Positions 1-13,452 of a stretch of DNA of 64,000 nt are shown here, piece by piece. The position numbers were made by a program, and so were the translations under genes. The stretch's first letter is position 1. Each line of letters starts with the position of its first letter. The notes under the pieces are model-generated. The model did not search any database and was not told the DNA's origin. It saw nothing but the letters and a program-made list of their open reading frames with translations. Source of the DNA: Escherichia coli (GTDB lineage: Bacteria; Pseudomonadota; Gammaproteobacteria; Enterobacterales; Enterobacteriaceae); the NCBI RefSeq assembly GCF_003334355.1, contig NZ_QOWP01000016.1; one strand, written 5' to 3'.

Positions 1-250
1 AAGGCATTTCTATCGACAGAGTGAATTATTAATTCCCGATGTACTGGCGAATGTTAATTTTTCCCAGGCTGATGAGGTCATAGCTGATTTACGAGACAAA
101 CTTCATCAATTGTGTGAAATGTTATTTAATCAATCTGTAGCGCCCTATGCACATCATCCTAAATTAATAAGCACATTAGCGCTCGCCCGCGCCACGCTAT
201 ACAAACATTTACGGGAGTTAAAACCGCAAGGAGGGCCATCAAATGGCTGA
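1..250 (+). CDS. casA: Cse1/CasA (type I-E Cascade large subunit), C-terminal fragment truncated by window start
   Basis: Frame from base 2 is open with no stops to TGA at 248-250, ending ...KPQGGPSNG; stop overlaps casB start; position immediately upstream of casB as in the E. coli I-E operon. Confidence 0.75.
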   Translation, partial: RHFYRQSELLIPDVLANVNFSQADEVIADLRDKLHQLCEMLFNQSVAPYAHHPKLISTLALARATLYKHLRELKPQGGPSNG

Positions 251-725
251 TGAAATTGATGCAATGGCTTTATATCGAGCCTGGCAACAACTGGATAACG
301 GAGCATGTGCGCAAATTAGACGTGTTTCAGAACCTGATGAATTACGCGATATCCCTGCGTTTTATAGGCTGGTGCAACCTTTTGGTTGGGAAAACCCACG
401 TCACCAGCAGGCTCTTTTACGCATGGTGTTTTGCCTGAGCGCAGGAAAGAATGTCATCCGACATCAGGACAAAAAACCGGAGCAAACAACAGGTATCTCG
501 TTGGGAAGAGCTTTAGCCAATAGTGGAAGAATTAACGAGCGCCGTATCTTTCAATTAATTCGGGCTGACAGAACAGCCGATATGGTCCAGTTACGTCGAT
601 TGCTTGCTCACGCCGAACCCGTACTTGACTGGCCATTAATGGCCAGGATGTTGACCTGGTGGGGAAAGCGCGAACGCCAGCAACTTCTGGAAGATTTTGT
701 ATTGACCACAAACAAAAATGCGTAA
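243..725 (+). CDS. casB: Cse2/CasB, Cascade small subunit (160 aa)
   Basis: ORF 243..725, 160 aa, translation matches my recollection of E. coli CasB; operon context. Confidence 0.93.
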   Translation: MADEIDAMALYRAWQQLDNGACAQIRRVSEPDELRDIPAFYRLVQPFGWENPRHQQALLRMVFCLSAGKNVIRHQDKKPEQTTGISLGRALANSGRINERRIFQLIRADRTADMVQLRRLLAHAEPVLDWPLMARMLTWWGKRERQQLLEDFVLTTNKNA

Positions 726-737
726 GGAAACCTTTCT

Positions 738-1829
738 ATGTCTAACTTTATCAATATTCATGTTCTGATCTCTCACAGCCCTTCATGTCTGAACCGCGAC
801 GATATGAACATGCAGAAAGACGCTATTTTCGGCGGGAAAAGACGAGTAAGAATTTCAAGTCAAAGCCTTAAACGTGCGATGCGTAAAAGTGATTATTACG
901 CACAAAATATTGGTGAATCCAGTCTCAGAACAATTCATCTTGCACAATTACGTGATGTTCTTCGGCAAAAACTTAGTGAACGTTTTGACCAAAAAATCAT
1001 CGATAAGACATTAGCGCTGCTCTCCGGTAAATCAGTTGATGAAGCCGAAAAGATTTCTGCCGATGCGGTTACTCCCTGGGTTGTGGGGGAAATAGCCTGG
1101 TTCTGTGAGCAGGTTGCAAAAGCAGAGGCTGATAATCTGGATGATAAAAAGCTGCTCAAAGTTCTTAAGGAAGATATTGCCGCCATACGTGTGAATTTAC
1201 AGCAGGGTGTTGATATTGCGCTTAGTGGAAGAATGGCAACCAGCGGCATGATGAGTGAGTTGGGAAAAGTTGATGGTGCAATGTCTATTGCGCACGCGAT
1301 CACTACCCATCAGGTTGATTCTGATATTGACTGGTTCACCGCCGTAGATGATTTACAGGAACAAGGTTCTGCACATCTGGGAACACAGGAATTTTCATCG
1401 GGTGTTTTTTATCGTTATGCCAATATTAACCTCGCTCAACTTCAGGAAAATTTAGGCGGTGCCTCCAGGGAGCAGGCTCTGGAAATTGCAACCCATGTTG
1501 TTCATATGCTGGCAACAGAGGTCCCTGGAGCAAAACAGCGTACTTATGCCGCTTTTAACCCTGCGGATATGGTAATGGTTAATTTCTCCGATATGCCACT
1601 TTCTATGGCAAATGCTTTTGAAAAAGCGGTGAAAGCGAACGATGGCTTTTTGCAACCGTCTTTACAGGCGTTTAATCAATATTGGGATCGCGTTGCCAAT
1701 GGATATGGTCTGAACGGAGCCGCTGCGCAATTCAGCTTGTCTGATGTAGACCCTATTACTGGCCAGGTACAGCAAATGCCTACTTTAGAACAGTTAAAGT
1801 CCTGGGTTCGTAATAATGGCGAGGCGTGA
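738..1829 (+). CDS. casC: Cas7e/CasC, Cascade backbone subunit (363 aa)
   Basis: ORF 738..1829, 363 aa; operon position between casB and casD. Confidence 0.94.
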   Translation: MSNFINIHVLISHSPSCLNRDDMNMQKDAIFGGKRRVRISSQSLKRAMRKSDYYAQNIGESSLRTIHLAQLRDVLRQKLSERFDQKIIDKTLALLSGKSVDEAEKISADAVTPWVVGEIAWFCEQVAKAEADNLDDKKLLKVLKEDIAAIRVNLQQGVDIALSGRMATSGMMSELGKVDGAMSIAHAITTHQVDSDIDWFTAVDDLQEQGSAHLGTQEFSSGVFYRYANINLAQLQENLGGASREQALEIATHVVHMLATEVPGAKQRTYAAFNPADMVMVNFSDMPLSMANAFEKAVKANDGFLQPSLQAFNQYWDRVANGYGLNGAAAQFSLSDVDPITGQVQQMPTLEQLKSWVRNNGEA

Positions 1830-1831
1830 AC

Positions 1832-2506
1832 ATGAGATCTTATTTGATCTTGCGACTTGCTGGGCCAATGCAAGCCTGGGGGCAGCCGACCTTTGAAGGA
1901 ACGCGACCTACCGGAAGATTTCCGACCCGAAGCGGGTTATTAGGGCTACTCGGGGCTTGTCTTGGGATCCAACGTGATGATACTTCTTCATTACAGGCGT
2001 TATCAGAGAGTGTGCAATTTGCAGTGCGCTGCGATGAACTCATTCTTGACGATCGTCGTGTGTCTGTAACGGGGTTGCGTGATTACCATACAGTCCTTGG
2101 AGCGCGAGAAGATTACCGTGGTTTGAAAAGTCATGAAACGATTCAAACATGGCGCGAATATTTATGTGATGCCTCCTTTACCGTCGCTCTCTGGTTAACA
2201 CCACAGGCAACGATGGTTATGTCAGAACTTGAAAAAGCAGTATTAAAGCCTCGGTATACACCGTATCTGGGGCGGAGGAGTTGTCCGCTAACACAACCGC
2301 TTTTTCTCGGGACATGTCAGGCATCGGATCCTCAGAAGGTGCTATTAAATTATGAGCCCGTTGGCGGCGATATTTATAGTGAGGAATCAGTTGACGGGCA
2401 TCATTTAAAATTTACGGTGCGCGACGAACCGATGATCACCTTGCCTCGACAATTTGCTTCCCGAGAATGGTATGTGATTAAAGGAGGTATGGATGTATCT
2501 CAGTAA
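1832..2506 (+). CDS. casD: Cas5e/CasD (224 aa)
   Basis: ORF track begins at GTG 1826; ATG at 1832 gives MRSYLILRLAG..., the N-terminus I recall for CasD; casC stop at 1827-1829. Confidence 0.9.
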   Translation: MRSYLILRLAGPMQAWGQPTFEGTRPTGRFPTRSGLLGLLGACLGIQRDDTSSLQALSESVQFAVRCDELILDDRRVSVTGLRDYHTVLGAREDYRGLKSHETIQTWREYLCDASFTVALWLTPQATMVMSELEKAVLKPRYTPYLGRRSCPLTQPLFLGTCQASDPQKVLLNYEPVGGDIYSEESVDGHHLKFTVRDEPMITLPRQFASREWYVIKGGMDVSQ

Positions 2507-3092
2507 AGTCATCATTGCCAGGGCCTGGAGCAGGGATCTTTACCAACTTCACCAGGGATTATGGCATTTATTTCCAAACAGACCGGATGCTGCTCGTGAT
2601 TTTCTTTTTCATGTTGAGAAGCGAAACACACCAGAAGGCTGTCATGTTTTATTGCAGTCAGCGCAAATGCCTGTTTCAACTGCCGTTGCGACAGTCATTA
2701 AAACTAAACAGGTTGAATTTCAACTTCAGGTTGGTGTTCCACTCTATTTTCGGCTTCGGGCAAATCCGATAAAAACTATTCTCGACAATCAAAAACGCCT
2801 GGACAGTAAAGGGAATATAAAACGCTGTCGGGTTCCGTTAATAAAAGAAGCAGAACAAATCGCGTGGTTGCAGCGTAAATTGGGCAATGCCGCGCGCGTT
2901 GAAGATGTGCATCCCATATCGGAACGACCACAGTATTTTTCTGGTGATGGTAAAAGTGGAAAGATCCAAACGGTTTGCTTTGAAGGGGTGATCACCATCA
3001 ACGACGCGCCAGCGTTAATAGATCTTGTACAGCAAGGTATTGGGCCAGCCAAATCGATGGGATGTGGCTTGCTATCCCTGGCTCCACTGTGA
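2493..3092 (+). CDS. casE: Cas6e/CasE, pre-crRNA endoribonuclease (199 aa)
   Basis: ORF 2493..3092, 199 aa, overlaps casD end by 14 nt. Confidence 0.94.
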   Translation: MYLSKVIIARAWSRDLYQLHQGLWHLFPNRPDAARDFLFHVEKRNTPEGCHVLLQSAQMPVSTAVATVIKTKQVEFQLQVGVPLYFRLRANPIKTILDNQKRLDSKGNIKRCRVPLIKEAEQIAWLQRKLGNAARVEDVHPISERPQYFSGDGKSGKIQTVCFEGVITINDAPALIDLVQQGIGPAKSMGCGLLSLAPL

Positions 3093-3107
3093 TTAAGGTG
3101 TAATAAA

Positions 3108-4311
<1,204 letters not shown>

Positions 4312-4416
4312 AAACAAAGAATTAGCTGATCTTTAATAATAAGGAAATGTTACATTAAGGTTGGTGGGTTGTTTTTATGGGAAAAAATGCTTTAAGAACA
4401 AATGTATACTTTTAGA
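4312..4416 (+). promoter_or_regulatory. CRISPR leader (AT-rich, between cas2 stop and first repeat)
   Basis: About 105 bp AT-rich sequence directly abutting the first repeat on the cas2 side; type I-E leaders are known to carry the array promoter and integration signals. Confidence 0.7.
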
Positions 4417-4567
4417 GAGTTCCCCGCGTCAGCGGGGATAAACCGCCAAAGCAAAAGAAGTCGTCGATAATATGCGTGAGTTCCCCGCGTCAGCGGGGAT
4501 AAACCGGGCGCACTGGATGCGATGATGGATATCACTTAGAATTCCCCGCCCCTGCGGTAGAACACCC
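4417..4567 (+). CRISPR. Type I-E CRISPR array: 3 repeats (29 bp) and 2 spacers (32 bp); third repeat degenerate
   Basis: Repeat GAGTTCCCCGCGTCAGCGGGGATAAACCG at 4417-4445 and 4478-4506; spacers at 4446-4477 and 4507-4538; degenerate terminal repeat GAATTCCCCGCCCCTGCGGTAGAACACCC at 4539-4567. Confidence 0.92.
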
Positions 4568-4587
4568 AGCTCCCATTTTCAAACCCA

Positions 4588-5625
4588 TCAAGACGCCTTC
4601 GCCAACTCCTTCACCAGAGGTAGCATTATCCGCATAACGTCACGGCAGCGACGTTCTATTCTTCCAGGAAGTGCCTTATCAATATGCTGTTGATTATCCA
4701 GTCTTACGTCATGCCAGCTATTTCCCGCAGGGAATGCGGCTGTTTTTGCGCGTTGCTGATAACCATCCTTATTCCCAAGATTCCAGTTAGTCGCTTCCAC
4801 CGAAAGTACAGCAATGCCCGCTTTGTCGAATATTTCTGCGTCATTACAACACCCAGTGCCTTTCGGATAATTTTTATTCAAACCCGGATTGGTCGTTGCG
4901 GCTATTCCGTGACTGCGTGCAATTGCCAGCGCCCTGTCGCGCGTTAATTTCCTTACTGCTTCAGGGGTTTTTACACCGCTGTTGAAATACAATTTATCGC
5001 CAACAATTAAGTTATCGAGATTAATCACCAGCAGCGTATTTTTCTTTTCGGTGTCACTCATCCGCTTGAGTAAATTCTCAGCGCCTAATTTCCCTTCCTC
5101 TTCGCCGCTGGTCGCCACAAATCGAATACCATACTCGGTAGGCGTATTTTTCAGGCGTTCTGCCAATTCCAGCATGACACCTAAACCTGCGGCGTTATCA
5201 TCCATTCCTTGTAACGTCAGCCCGCCGAGATTGGCATCGGCGTCAGCATCGCTCAGCGGGGCGTAAGTATCCAGATGCGCCATAATGATGATCTGCTGCG
5301 GCGCTTTGCCTTCATGAGCGGCAATCACCGTACTTCCCGTCACGTTATGCCAGCTCTTACGATTATCGCGGGCGGTATAAATATACCGACTATTAAATGT
5401 CCGAATATCACTGCGATAACCCATTTGCTGAAACTGTTGGCGAATATAATCGGCAGATAACATTTCTGCAGGAGTTCCGGTCATGCGTCCCGGAAAGAAA
5501 GTAGCAATATGTCGTGCCTGAGTATTAGCAAAATCGCCAGGTTTAGGTGACGAGGCGTGTACGGGGAGAATAAAGCATACGCCGAGCGCCAGGGCAGCGG
5601 TACGGTGGCGCAATGCGGAAAACAT
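4588..5625 (-). CDS. iap: Alkaline phosphatase isozyme conversion aminopeptidase (345 aa)
   Basis: ORF 345 aa with N-terminal signal peptide; position between CRISPR array and cysD as in E. coli. Confidence 0.9.
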   Translation of the reverse strand: MFSALRHRTAALALGVCFILPVHASSPKPGDFANTQARHIATFFPGRMTGTPAEMLSADYIRQQFQQMGYRSDIRTFNSRYIYTARDNRKSWHNVTGSTVIAAHEGKAPQQIIIMAHLDTYAPLSDADADANLGGLTLQGMDDNAAGLGVMLELAERLKNTPTEYGIRFVATSGEEEGKLGAENLLKRMSDTEKKNTLLVINLDNLIVGDKLYFNSGVKTPEAVRKLTRDRALAIARSHGIAATTNPGLNKNYPKGTGCCNDAEIFDKAGIAVLSVEATNWNLGNKDGYQQRAKTAAFPAGNSWHDVRLDNQQHIDKALPGRIERRCRDVMRIMLPLVKELAKAS

Positions 5626-5876
5626 AGTGAGTCCTTAAATACCATGCAAATTTTTTTACCGCCATAGTATGAAACTGCCGCTGCGCTAAAACAATTTCAA
5701 ATCTTCCTAAACGCCCGAAATCCGGTGCCTTAAGCACTTTTTGATATTAGCTTTGCCAAATCGTTATTCCGTTAAGGAACTACTCATTCTAATTGGTAAT
5801 TTCATTCGTTCTCTTACGCTCCCTATAGTCGAAACATCTGATGGCAAGAAAATAGCGGTATTGCAAAGGAACGGTT

Positions 5877-6785
5877 ATGGATCAAATACGACTTACTCAC
5901 CTGCGGCAACTGGAGGCGGAAAGCATCCACATTATTCGCGAGGTGGCGGCAGAATTCTCAAATCCGGTGATGCTCTACTCTATCGGTAAAGATTCCAGCG
6001 TCATGCTGCATCTGGCGCGCAAGGCGTTTTATCCAGGTACGCTGCCTTTCCCGTTGCTGCATGTCGATACCGGCTGGAAATTCCGCGAGATGTATGAGTT
6101 CCGCGATCGTACTGCTAAAGCCTACGGCTGCGAACTGCTGGTGCATAAAAACCCGGAAGGCGTGGCGATGGGGATTAATCCATTCGTGCACGGCAGCGCG
6201 AAACATACCGATATTATGAAAACTGAAGGCCTAAAACAGGCGCTGAACAAATACGGTTTTGATGCCGCCTTCGGTGGTGCGCGCCGTGACGAAGAGAAAT
6301 CCCGCGCTAAAGAGCGAATTTACTCTTTCCGTGACCGCTTCCATCGCTGGGATCCGAAAAATCAGCGCCCGGAGCTGTGGCACAACTACAACGGGCAAAT
6401 TAACAAAGGCGAAAGCATCCGCGTCTTCCCGCTCTCTAACTGGACCGAGCAGGATATCTGGCAATACATCTGGCTGGAAAATATCGACATTGTTCCGCTA
6501 TATCTCGCTGCGGAACGTCCGGTTCTGGAACGCGACGGTATGTTGATGATGATTGATGACAACCGTATCGACCTGCAACCGGGCGAAGTGATTAAAAAAC
6601 GGATGGTGCGTTTCCGTACGCTGGGCTGCTGGCCGCTGACCGGTGCGGTGGAGTCAAATGCACAAACACTGCCGGAAATCATCGAAGAGATGCTGGTTTC
6701 CACCACCAGTGAACGTCAGGGCCGCGTGATTGACCGCGACCAGGCGGGGTCTATGGAGCTGAAAAAACGTCAGGGGTATTTTTAA
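5877..6785 (+). CDS. cysD: Sulfate adenylyltransferase subunit 2 (302 aa)
   Basis: ORF 302 aa; cysDNC operon order. Confidence 0.95.
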   Translation: MDQIRLTHLRQLEAESIHIIREVAAEFSNPVMLYSIGKDSSVMLHLARKAFYPGTLPFPLLHVDTGWKFREMYEFRDRTAKAYGCELLVHKNPEGVAMGINPFVHGSAKHTDIMKTEGLKQALNKYGFDAAFGGARRDEEKSRAKERIYSFRDRFHRWDPKNQRPELWHNYNGQINKGESIRVFPLSNWTEQDIWQYIWLENIDIVPLYLAAERPVLERDGMLMMIDDNRIDLQPGEVIKKRMVRFRTLGCWPLTGAVESNAQTLPEIIEEMLVSTTSERQGRVIDRDQAGSMELKKRQGYF

Positions 6786-6786
6786 G

Positions 6787-8214
6787 ATGAACACCGCACT
6801 TGCACAACAAATCGCCAATGAAGGCGGCGTCGAAGCCTGGATGATTGCGCAACAACATAAAAGCCTGCTGCGTTTTCTGACCTGTGGTAGCGTCGATGAC
6901 GGCAAAAGTACTCTGATTGGTCGTCTGCTGCACGATACCCGCCAAATCTACGAAGATCAGCTCTCATCGCTGCATAACGACAGTAAGCGTCACGGCACCC
7001 AGGGCGAAAAGCTGGATCTGGCTCTGCTGGTGGACGGCCTGCAAGCTGAGCGCGAACAGGGCATCACCATTGACGTGGCCTACCGCTATTTCTCTACCGA
7101 GAAGCGTAAATTTATTATCGCCGACACCCCAGGGCACGAGCAGTACACCCGCAATATGGCGACTGGCGCATCGACATGTGAACTGGCGATCTTACTGATC
7201 GATGCCCGTAAAGGCGTGCTCGATCAAACCCGTCGTCACAGTTTTATCTCCACACTGTTGGGGATCAAACATCTGGTCGTGGCGATCAACAAAATGGATC
7301 TGGTGGATTACAGTGAAGAGACGTTCACCCGTATTCGTGAAGATTATTTGACCTTTGCCGGGCAGCTGCCGGGTAATCTGGATATCCGCTTTGTGCCGCT
7401 CTCTGCACTGGAAGGCGACAACGTGGCATCGCAAAGTGAAAGTATGCCGTGGTACAGCGGTCCGACACTGCTCGAAGTGCTGGAAACCGTGGAGATCCAG
7501 CGAGTGGTGGATGCTCAGCCAATGCGCTTCCCGGTGCAGTACGTTAATCGCCCGAATCTCGATTTTCGTGGTTACGCCGGAACGCTGGCATCCGGTCGCG
7601 TGGAAGTCGGGCAACGTGTCAAAGTGCTGCCCTCTGGTGTGGAATCAAACGTCGCGCGGATCGTGACTTTTGATGGTGATCGCGAAGAAGCCTTTGCCGG
7701 AGAAGCGATCACCCTGGTGCTGACGGATGAGATCGACATCAGCCGTGGCGATCTGCTGCTGGCGGCAGACGAAGCGTTACCGGCGGTGCAGAGCGCGTCG
7801 GTGGATGTGGTATGGATGGCGGAACAGCCGCTTTCTCCAGGGCAGAGTTACGACATCAAAATTGCCGGTAAGAAGACGCGCGCGCGTGTTGATGGCATTC
7901 GCTATCAGGTTGATATTAATAACCTTACCCAGCGTGAAGTTGAAAACCTGCCACTGAATGGGATCGGCCTCGTGGATCTCACTTTTGACGAGCCGCTGGT
8001 GTTAGATCGTTATCAACAAAATCCGGTGACGGGTGGGCTGATTTTTATCGATCGCCTGAGCAATGTGACCGTGGGTGCCGGTATGGTGCACGAGCCAGTT
8101 AGCCAGGCAACTGCTGCGCCATCTGAATTCAGTGCATTCGAACTGGAATTGAATGCTCTGGTTCGTCGCCACTTTCCGCACTGGGGCGCGCGCGATTTGC
8201 TGGGGGATAAATAA
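6787..8214 (+). CDS. cysN: Sulfate adenylyltransferase subunit 1, GTPase (475 aa)
   Basis: ORF 475 aa with GTP-binding motifs ([18 protein letters not shown]). Confidence 0.95.
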
Positions 8215-8819
8215 TGGCGCTGCATGACGAAAACGTCGTCTGGCATAGCCATCCGGTCACTGTGCAACAACGCGAGCTACACCACGGTCATCGTGGTGTA
8301 GTGCTGTGGTTTACCGGCCTCTCCGGGTCCGGTAAATCAACGGTCGCCGGGGCGCTGGAGGAGGCGTTACATAAACTCGGCGTCAGTACGTATCTGCTGG
8401 ATGGCGACAATGTTCGCCACGGATTATGCAGCGATCTCGGTTTTAGCGATGCCGATCGTAAAGAGAATATCCGTCGCGTCGGTGAAGTGGCGAATTTGAT
8501 GGTTGAAGCCGGACTGGTGGTGCTGACCGCATTTATCTCGCCACACCGCGCCGAACGCCAGATGGTTCGCGAACGCGTAGGAGAAGGGCGCTTTATCGAA
8601 GTGTTTGTCGATACGCCGCTGGCGATTTGCGAAGCCCGCGATCCCAAAGGCTTATATAAGAAAGCGCGTGCCGGTGAACTGCGCAACTTTACGGGAATAG
8701 ATTCCGTTTACGAAGCGCCTGAATCGGCAGAAATTCATCTCAATGGTGAACAATTAGTAACAAATTTGGTACAGCAATTATTAGATCTGTTGAGACAGAA
8801 CGATATTATCAGATCCTGA
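8214..8819 (+). CDS. cysC: Adenylylsulfate (APS) kinase (201 aa)
   Basis: ORF 201 aa with P-loop GLSGSGKST; start overlaps cysN stop. Confidence 0.95.
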
Positions 8820-8868
8820 GACACCACCGGGTTTCCATGCCCGGTTCGTCAAAGTAACAGGATCAAAT

Positions 8869-9192
8869 ATGCGTAATAGCCATAACATTACACTAACAAA
8901 TAACGACAGCCTTACTGAGGATGAAGAAACCACATGGTCACTGCCTGGTGCCGTGGTCGGTTTTATCTCCTGGTTATTTGCGCTGGCGATGCCGATGTTG
9001 ATTTATGGCTCTAACACGCTGTTCTTCTTTATCTACACCTGGCCTTTCTTTCTGGCGCTGATGCCCGTCGCGGTAGTGGTGGGGATTGCGCTGCATTCAT
9101 TGATGGACGGAAAGCTACGCTACAGTATTGTTTTCACCCTGGTGACAGTAGGCATTATGTTTGGCGCACTGTTTATGTGGCTACTGGGCTAA
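8869..9192 (+). CDS. ygbE: Small inner-membrane protein of unknown function (107 aa)
   Basis: ORF 107 aa with hydrophobic segments; position between cysC and ftsB. Confidence 0.8.
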   Translation: MRNSHNITLTNNDSLTEDEETTWSLPGAVVGFISWLFALAMPMLIYGSNTLFFFIYTWPFFLALMPVAVVVGIALHSLMDGKLRYSIVFTLVTVGIMFGALFMWLLG

Positions 9193-9385
9193 TTTGTACT
9201 TTCCCGTCTCCTCTGTTCATAATTCAAACCGTAACTAATAATGAGATTATGTTCTGCACGCCCTGGGTATACGTAACAATGGACAAATGTGGTACATTTG
9301 CCCGCGTTGTCGCGGTATCCCCAACAGAGGATGTAGAGTCGTCTTCGGATGCATGGGATGATGATGCCGTTTTTCAGGGGGCAGG

Positions 9386-9697
9386 ATGGGTAAACTAACG
9401 CTGCTGTTGCTGGCTATTCTGGTCTGGCTACAGTATTCGCTGTGGTTCGGTAAGAACGGTATACATGACTATACCCGCGTCAATGATGATGTGGCGGCAC
9501 AGCAAGCTACAAACGCGAAACTTAAAGCGCGAAACGATCAACTTTTTGCCGAAATTGACGATCTCAATGGCGGCCAGGAGGCGCTCGAAGAGCGTGCGCG
9601 TAATGAACTCAGCATGACCAGGCCGGGCGAAACTTTTTATCGTCTGGTGCCTGACGCGTCGAAGCGCGCACAGTCTGCGGGGCAAAACAATCGATAA
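9386..9697 (+). CDS. ftsB: Cell division protein FtsB (103 aa)
   Basis: ORF 103 aa, N-terminal TM segment followed by coiled-coil-like sequence; upstream of ispD. Confidence 0.9.
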
Positions 9698-9715
9698 ATC
9701 AGCCCGGGAATTAAC

Positions 9716-10426
9716 ATGGCAACCACTCATTTGGATGTTTGCGCCGTGGTTCCGGCGGCCGGATTTGGCCGTCGAATGCAAACGGAATGTCCTAAGCAAT
9801 ATCTCTCAATCGGTAATCAAACCATTCTTGAACACTCGGTGCATGCGCTGCTGGCGCATCCCCGGGTGAAACGTGTCGTCATTGCCATAAGTCCTGGCGA
9901 TAGCCGTTTTGCACAACTTTCTCTGGCGAATCATCCGCAAATCACCGTTGTAGATGGCGGTGATGAGCGTGCCGATTCCGTGCTGGCAGGTCTGAAAGCC
10001 GCTGGCGACGCGCAGTGGGTATTGGTGCATGACGCCGCTCGTCCTTGTTTGCATCAGGATGACCTCGCGCGATTGTTGGCGTTGAGCGAAACCAGCCGCA
10101 CGGGGGGGATCCTCGCCGCACCAGTGCGCGATACTATGAAACGTGCCGAACCGGGCAAAAATGCCATTGCTCATACCGTTGATCGCAACGGCTTATGGCA
10201 CGCGCTGACGCCGCAATTTTTCCCTCGTGAGCTGTTACATGACTGTCTGACGCGCGCTCTAAATGAAGGCGCGACTATTACCGACGAAGCCTCGGCGCTG
10301 GAATATTGCGGATTCCATCCTCAGTTGGTCGAAGGCCGTGCGGATAACATTAAAGTCACGCGCCCGGAAGATTTGGCACTGGCCGAGTTTTACCTCACCC
10401 GAACCATCCATCAGGAGAATACATAA
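9716..10426 (+). CDS. ispD: 2-C-methyl-D-erythritol 4-phosphate cytidylyltransferase (236 aa)
   Basis: ORF 236 aa; ispDF pair. Confidence 0.94.
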
Positions 10427-10905
10427 TGCGAATTGGACACGGTTTTGACGTACATGCCTTTGGCGGTGAAGGCCCAATTATCATTGGTGGCGTACGCATT
10501 CCTTACGAAAAAGGATTGCTGGCGCATTCTGATGGCGACGTGGCGCTCCATGCGTTGACCGATGCATTGCTTGGCGCGGCGGCGCTGGGGGATATCGGCA
10601 AGCTGTTCCCGGATACCGATCCGGCATTTAAAGGTGCCGATAGCCGCGAGCTGCTACGCGAAGCCTGGCGTCGTATTCAGGCGAAGGGTTATACCCTTGG
10701 CAACGTCGATGTCACTATCATCGCTCAGGCACCGAAGATGTTGCCGCACATTCCACAAATGCGCGTGTTTATTGCCGAAGATCTCGGCTGCCATATGGAT
10801 GATGTTAACGTGAAAGCCACTACTACGGAAAAACTGGGATTTACCGGACGTGGGGAAGGGATTGCCTGTGAAGCGGTGGCGCTACTCATTAAGGCAACAA
10901 AATGA
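10426..10905 (+). CDS. ispF: 2-C-methyl-D-erythritol 2,4-cyclodiphosphate synthase (159 aa)
   Basis: ORF 159 aa, start overlaps ispD stop. Confidence 0.94.
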
Positions 10906-11931
10906 TTGAGTTTGATAATCTCACTTACCTCCACGGTAAACCGCAAGGCACCGGGCTGCTGAAAGCCAATCCGGAAGACTTTGTGGTGGTGGAAGATTTG
11001 GGCTTTGAGCCTGATGGTGAAGGTGAGCATATTCTGGTTAGAATCCTCAAAAACGGCTGCAATACCCGTTTTGTGGCGGATGCACTGGCGAAATTCCTGA
11101 AAATTCATGCCCGTGAAGTCAGCTTCGCTGGGCAAAAAGACAAACATGCTGTTACGGAACAGTGGTTATGCGCTCGCGTGCCGGGCAAGGAAATGCCCGA
11201 TCTGAGCGCCTTTCAACTGGAAGGCTGCCAGGTGCTGGAGTATGCGCGGCACAAGCGCAAGCTGCGTTTAGGCGCGCTGAAAGGTAACGCCTTTACCCTG
11301 GTTCTGCGCGAAGTGAGCAATCGCGATGACGTTGAACAACGTCTGATCGATATTTGCGTAAAAGGTGTACCGAACTACTTCGGTGCCCAACGTTTTGGGA
11401 TTGGCGGTAGCAACTTGCAGGGGGCGCAGCGCTGGGCGCAAACCAATACTCCGGTGCGCGATCGCAATAAACGGAGTTTTTGGTTGTCGGCAGCCCGCAG
11501 TGCGTTGTTTAATCAGATTGTTGCTGAGCGCCTCAAAAAAGCAGACGTTAATCAAGTTGTTGACGGCGATGCGCTACAATTAGCCGGACGTGGTAGCTGG
11601 TTTGTCGCAACCACCGAAGAACTGGCGGAATTACAGCGTCGCGTCAACGATAAAGAGTTGATGATAACCGCCGCATTGCCAGGCAGTGGCGAATGGGGAA
11701 CTCAGCGTGAAGCGCTGGCATTCGAACAAGCAGCTGTCGCCGCAGAAACTGAATTACAAGCTTTACTGGTGCGCGAAAAAGTTGAAGCCGCGCGCAGAGC
11801 GATGCTGCTGTATCCGCAACAATTAAGCTGGAATTGGTGGGATGACGTCACCGTAGAGATCCGTTTCTGGCTTCCGGCGGGTAGTTTTGCAACCAGCGTT
11901 GTCAGGGAACTTATCAACACAACAGGTGATT

Positions 11932-11951
<20 letters not shown>
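10902..11951 (+). CDS. truD: tRNA pseudouridine-13 synthase (349 aa)
   Basis: ORF 349 aa; downstream of ispF. Confidence 0.92.
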
Positions 11952-13313
<1,362 letters not shown>

Positions 13314-13452
13314 AACGTGAGGAAATACCTGGATTTTTCCTGGTTATTTTGCCGCAGGTCAGCGTATCGTGAACATCTTTTCCAGTGTTCAGTAGGGTGC
13401 CTTGCACGGTAATTATGTCACTGGTTATTAACCAATTTTTCCTGGGGGATAA

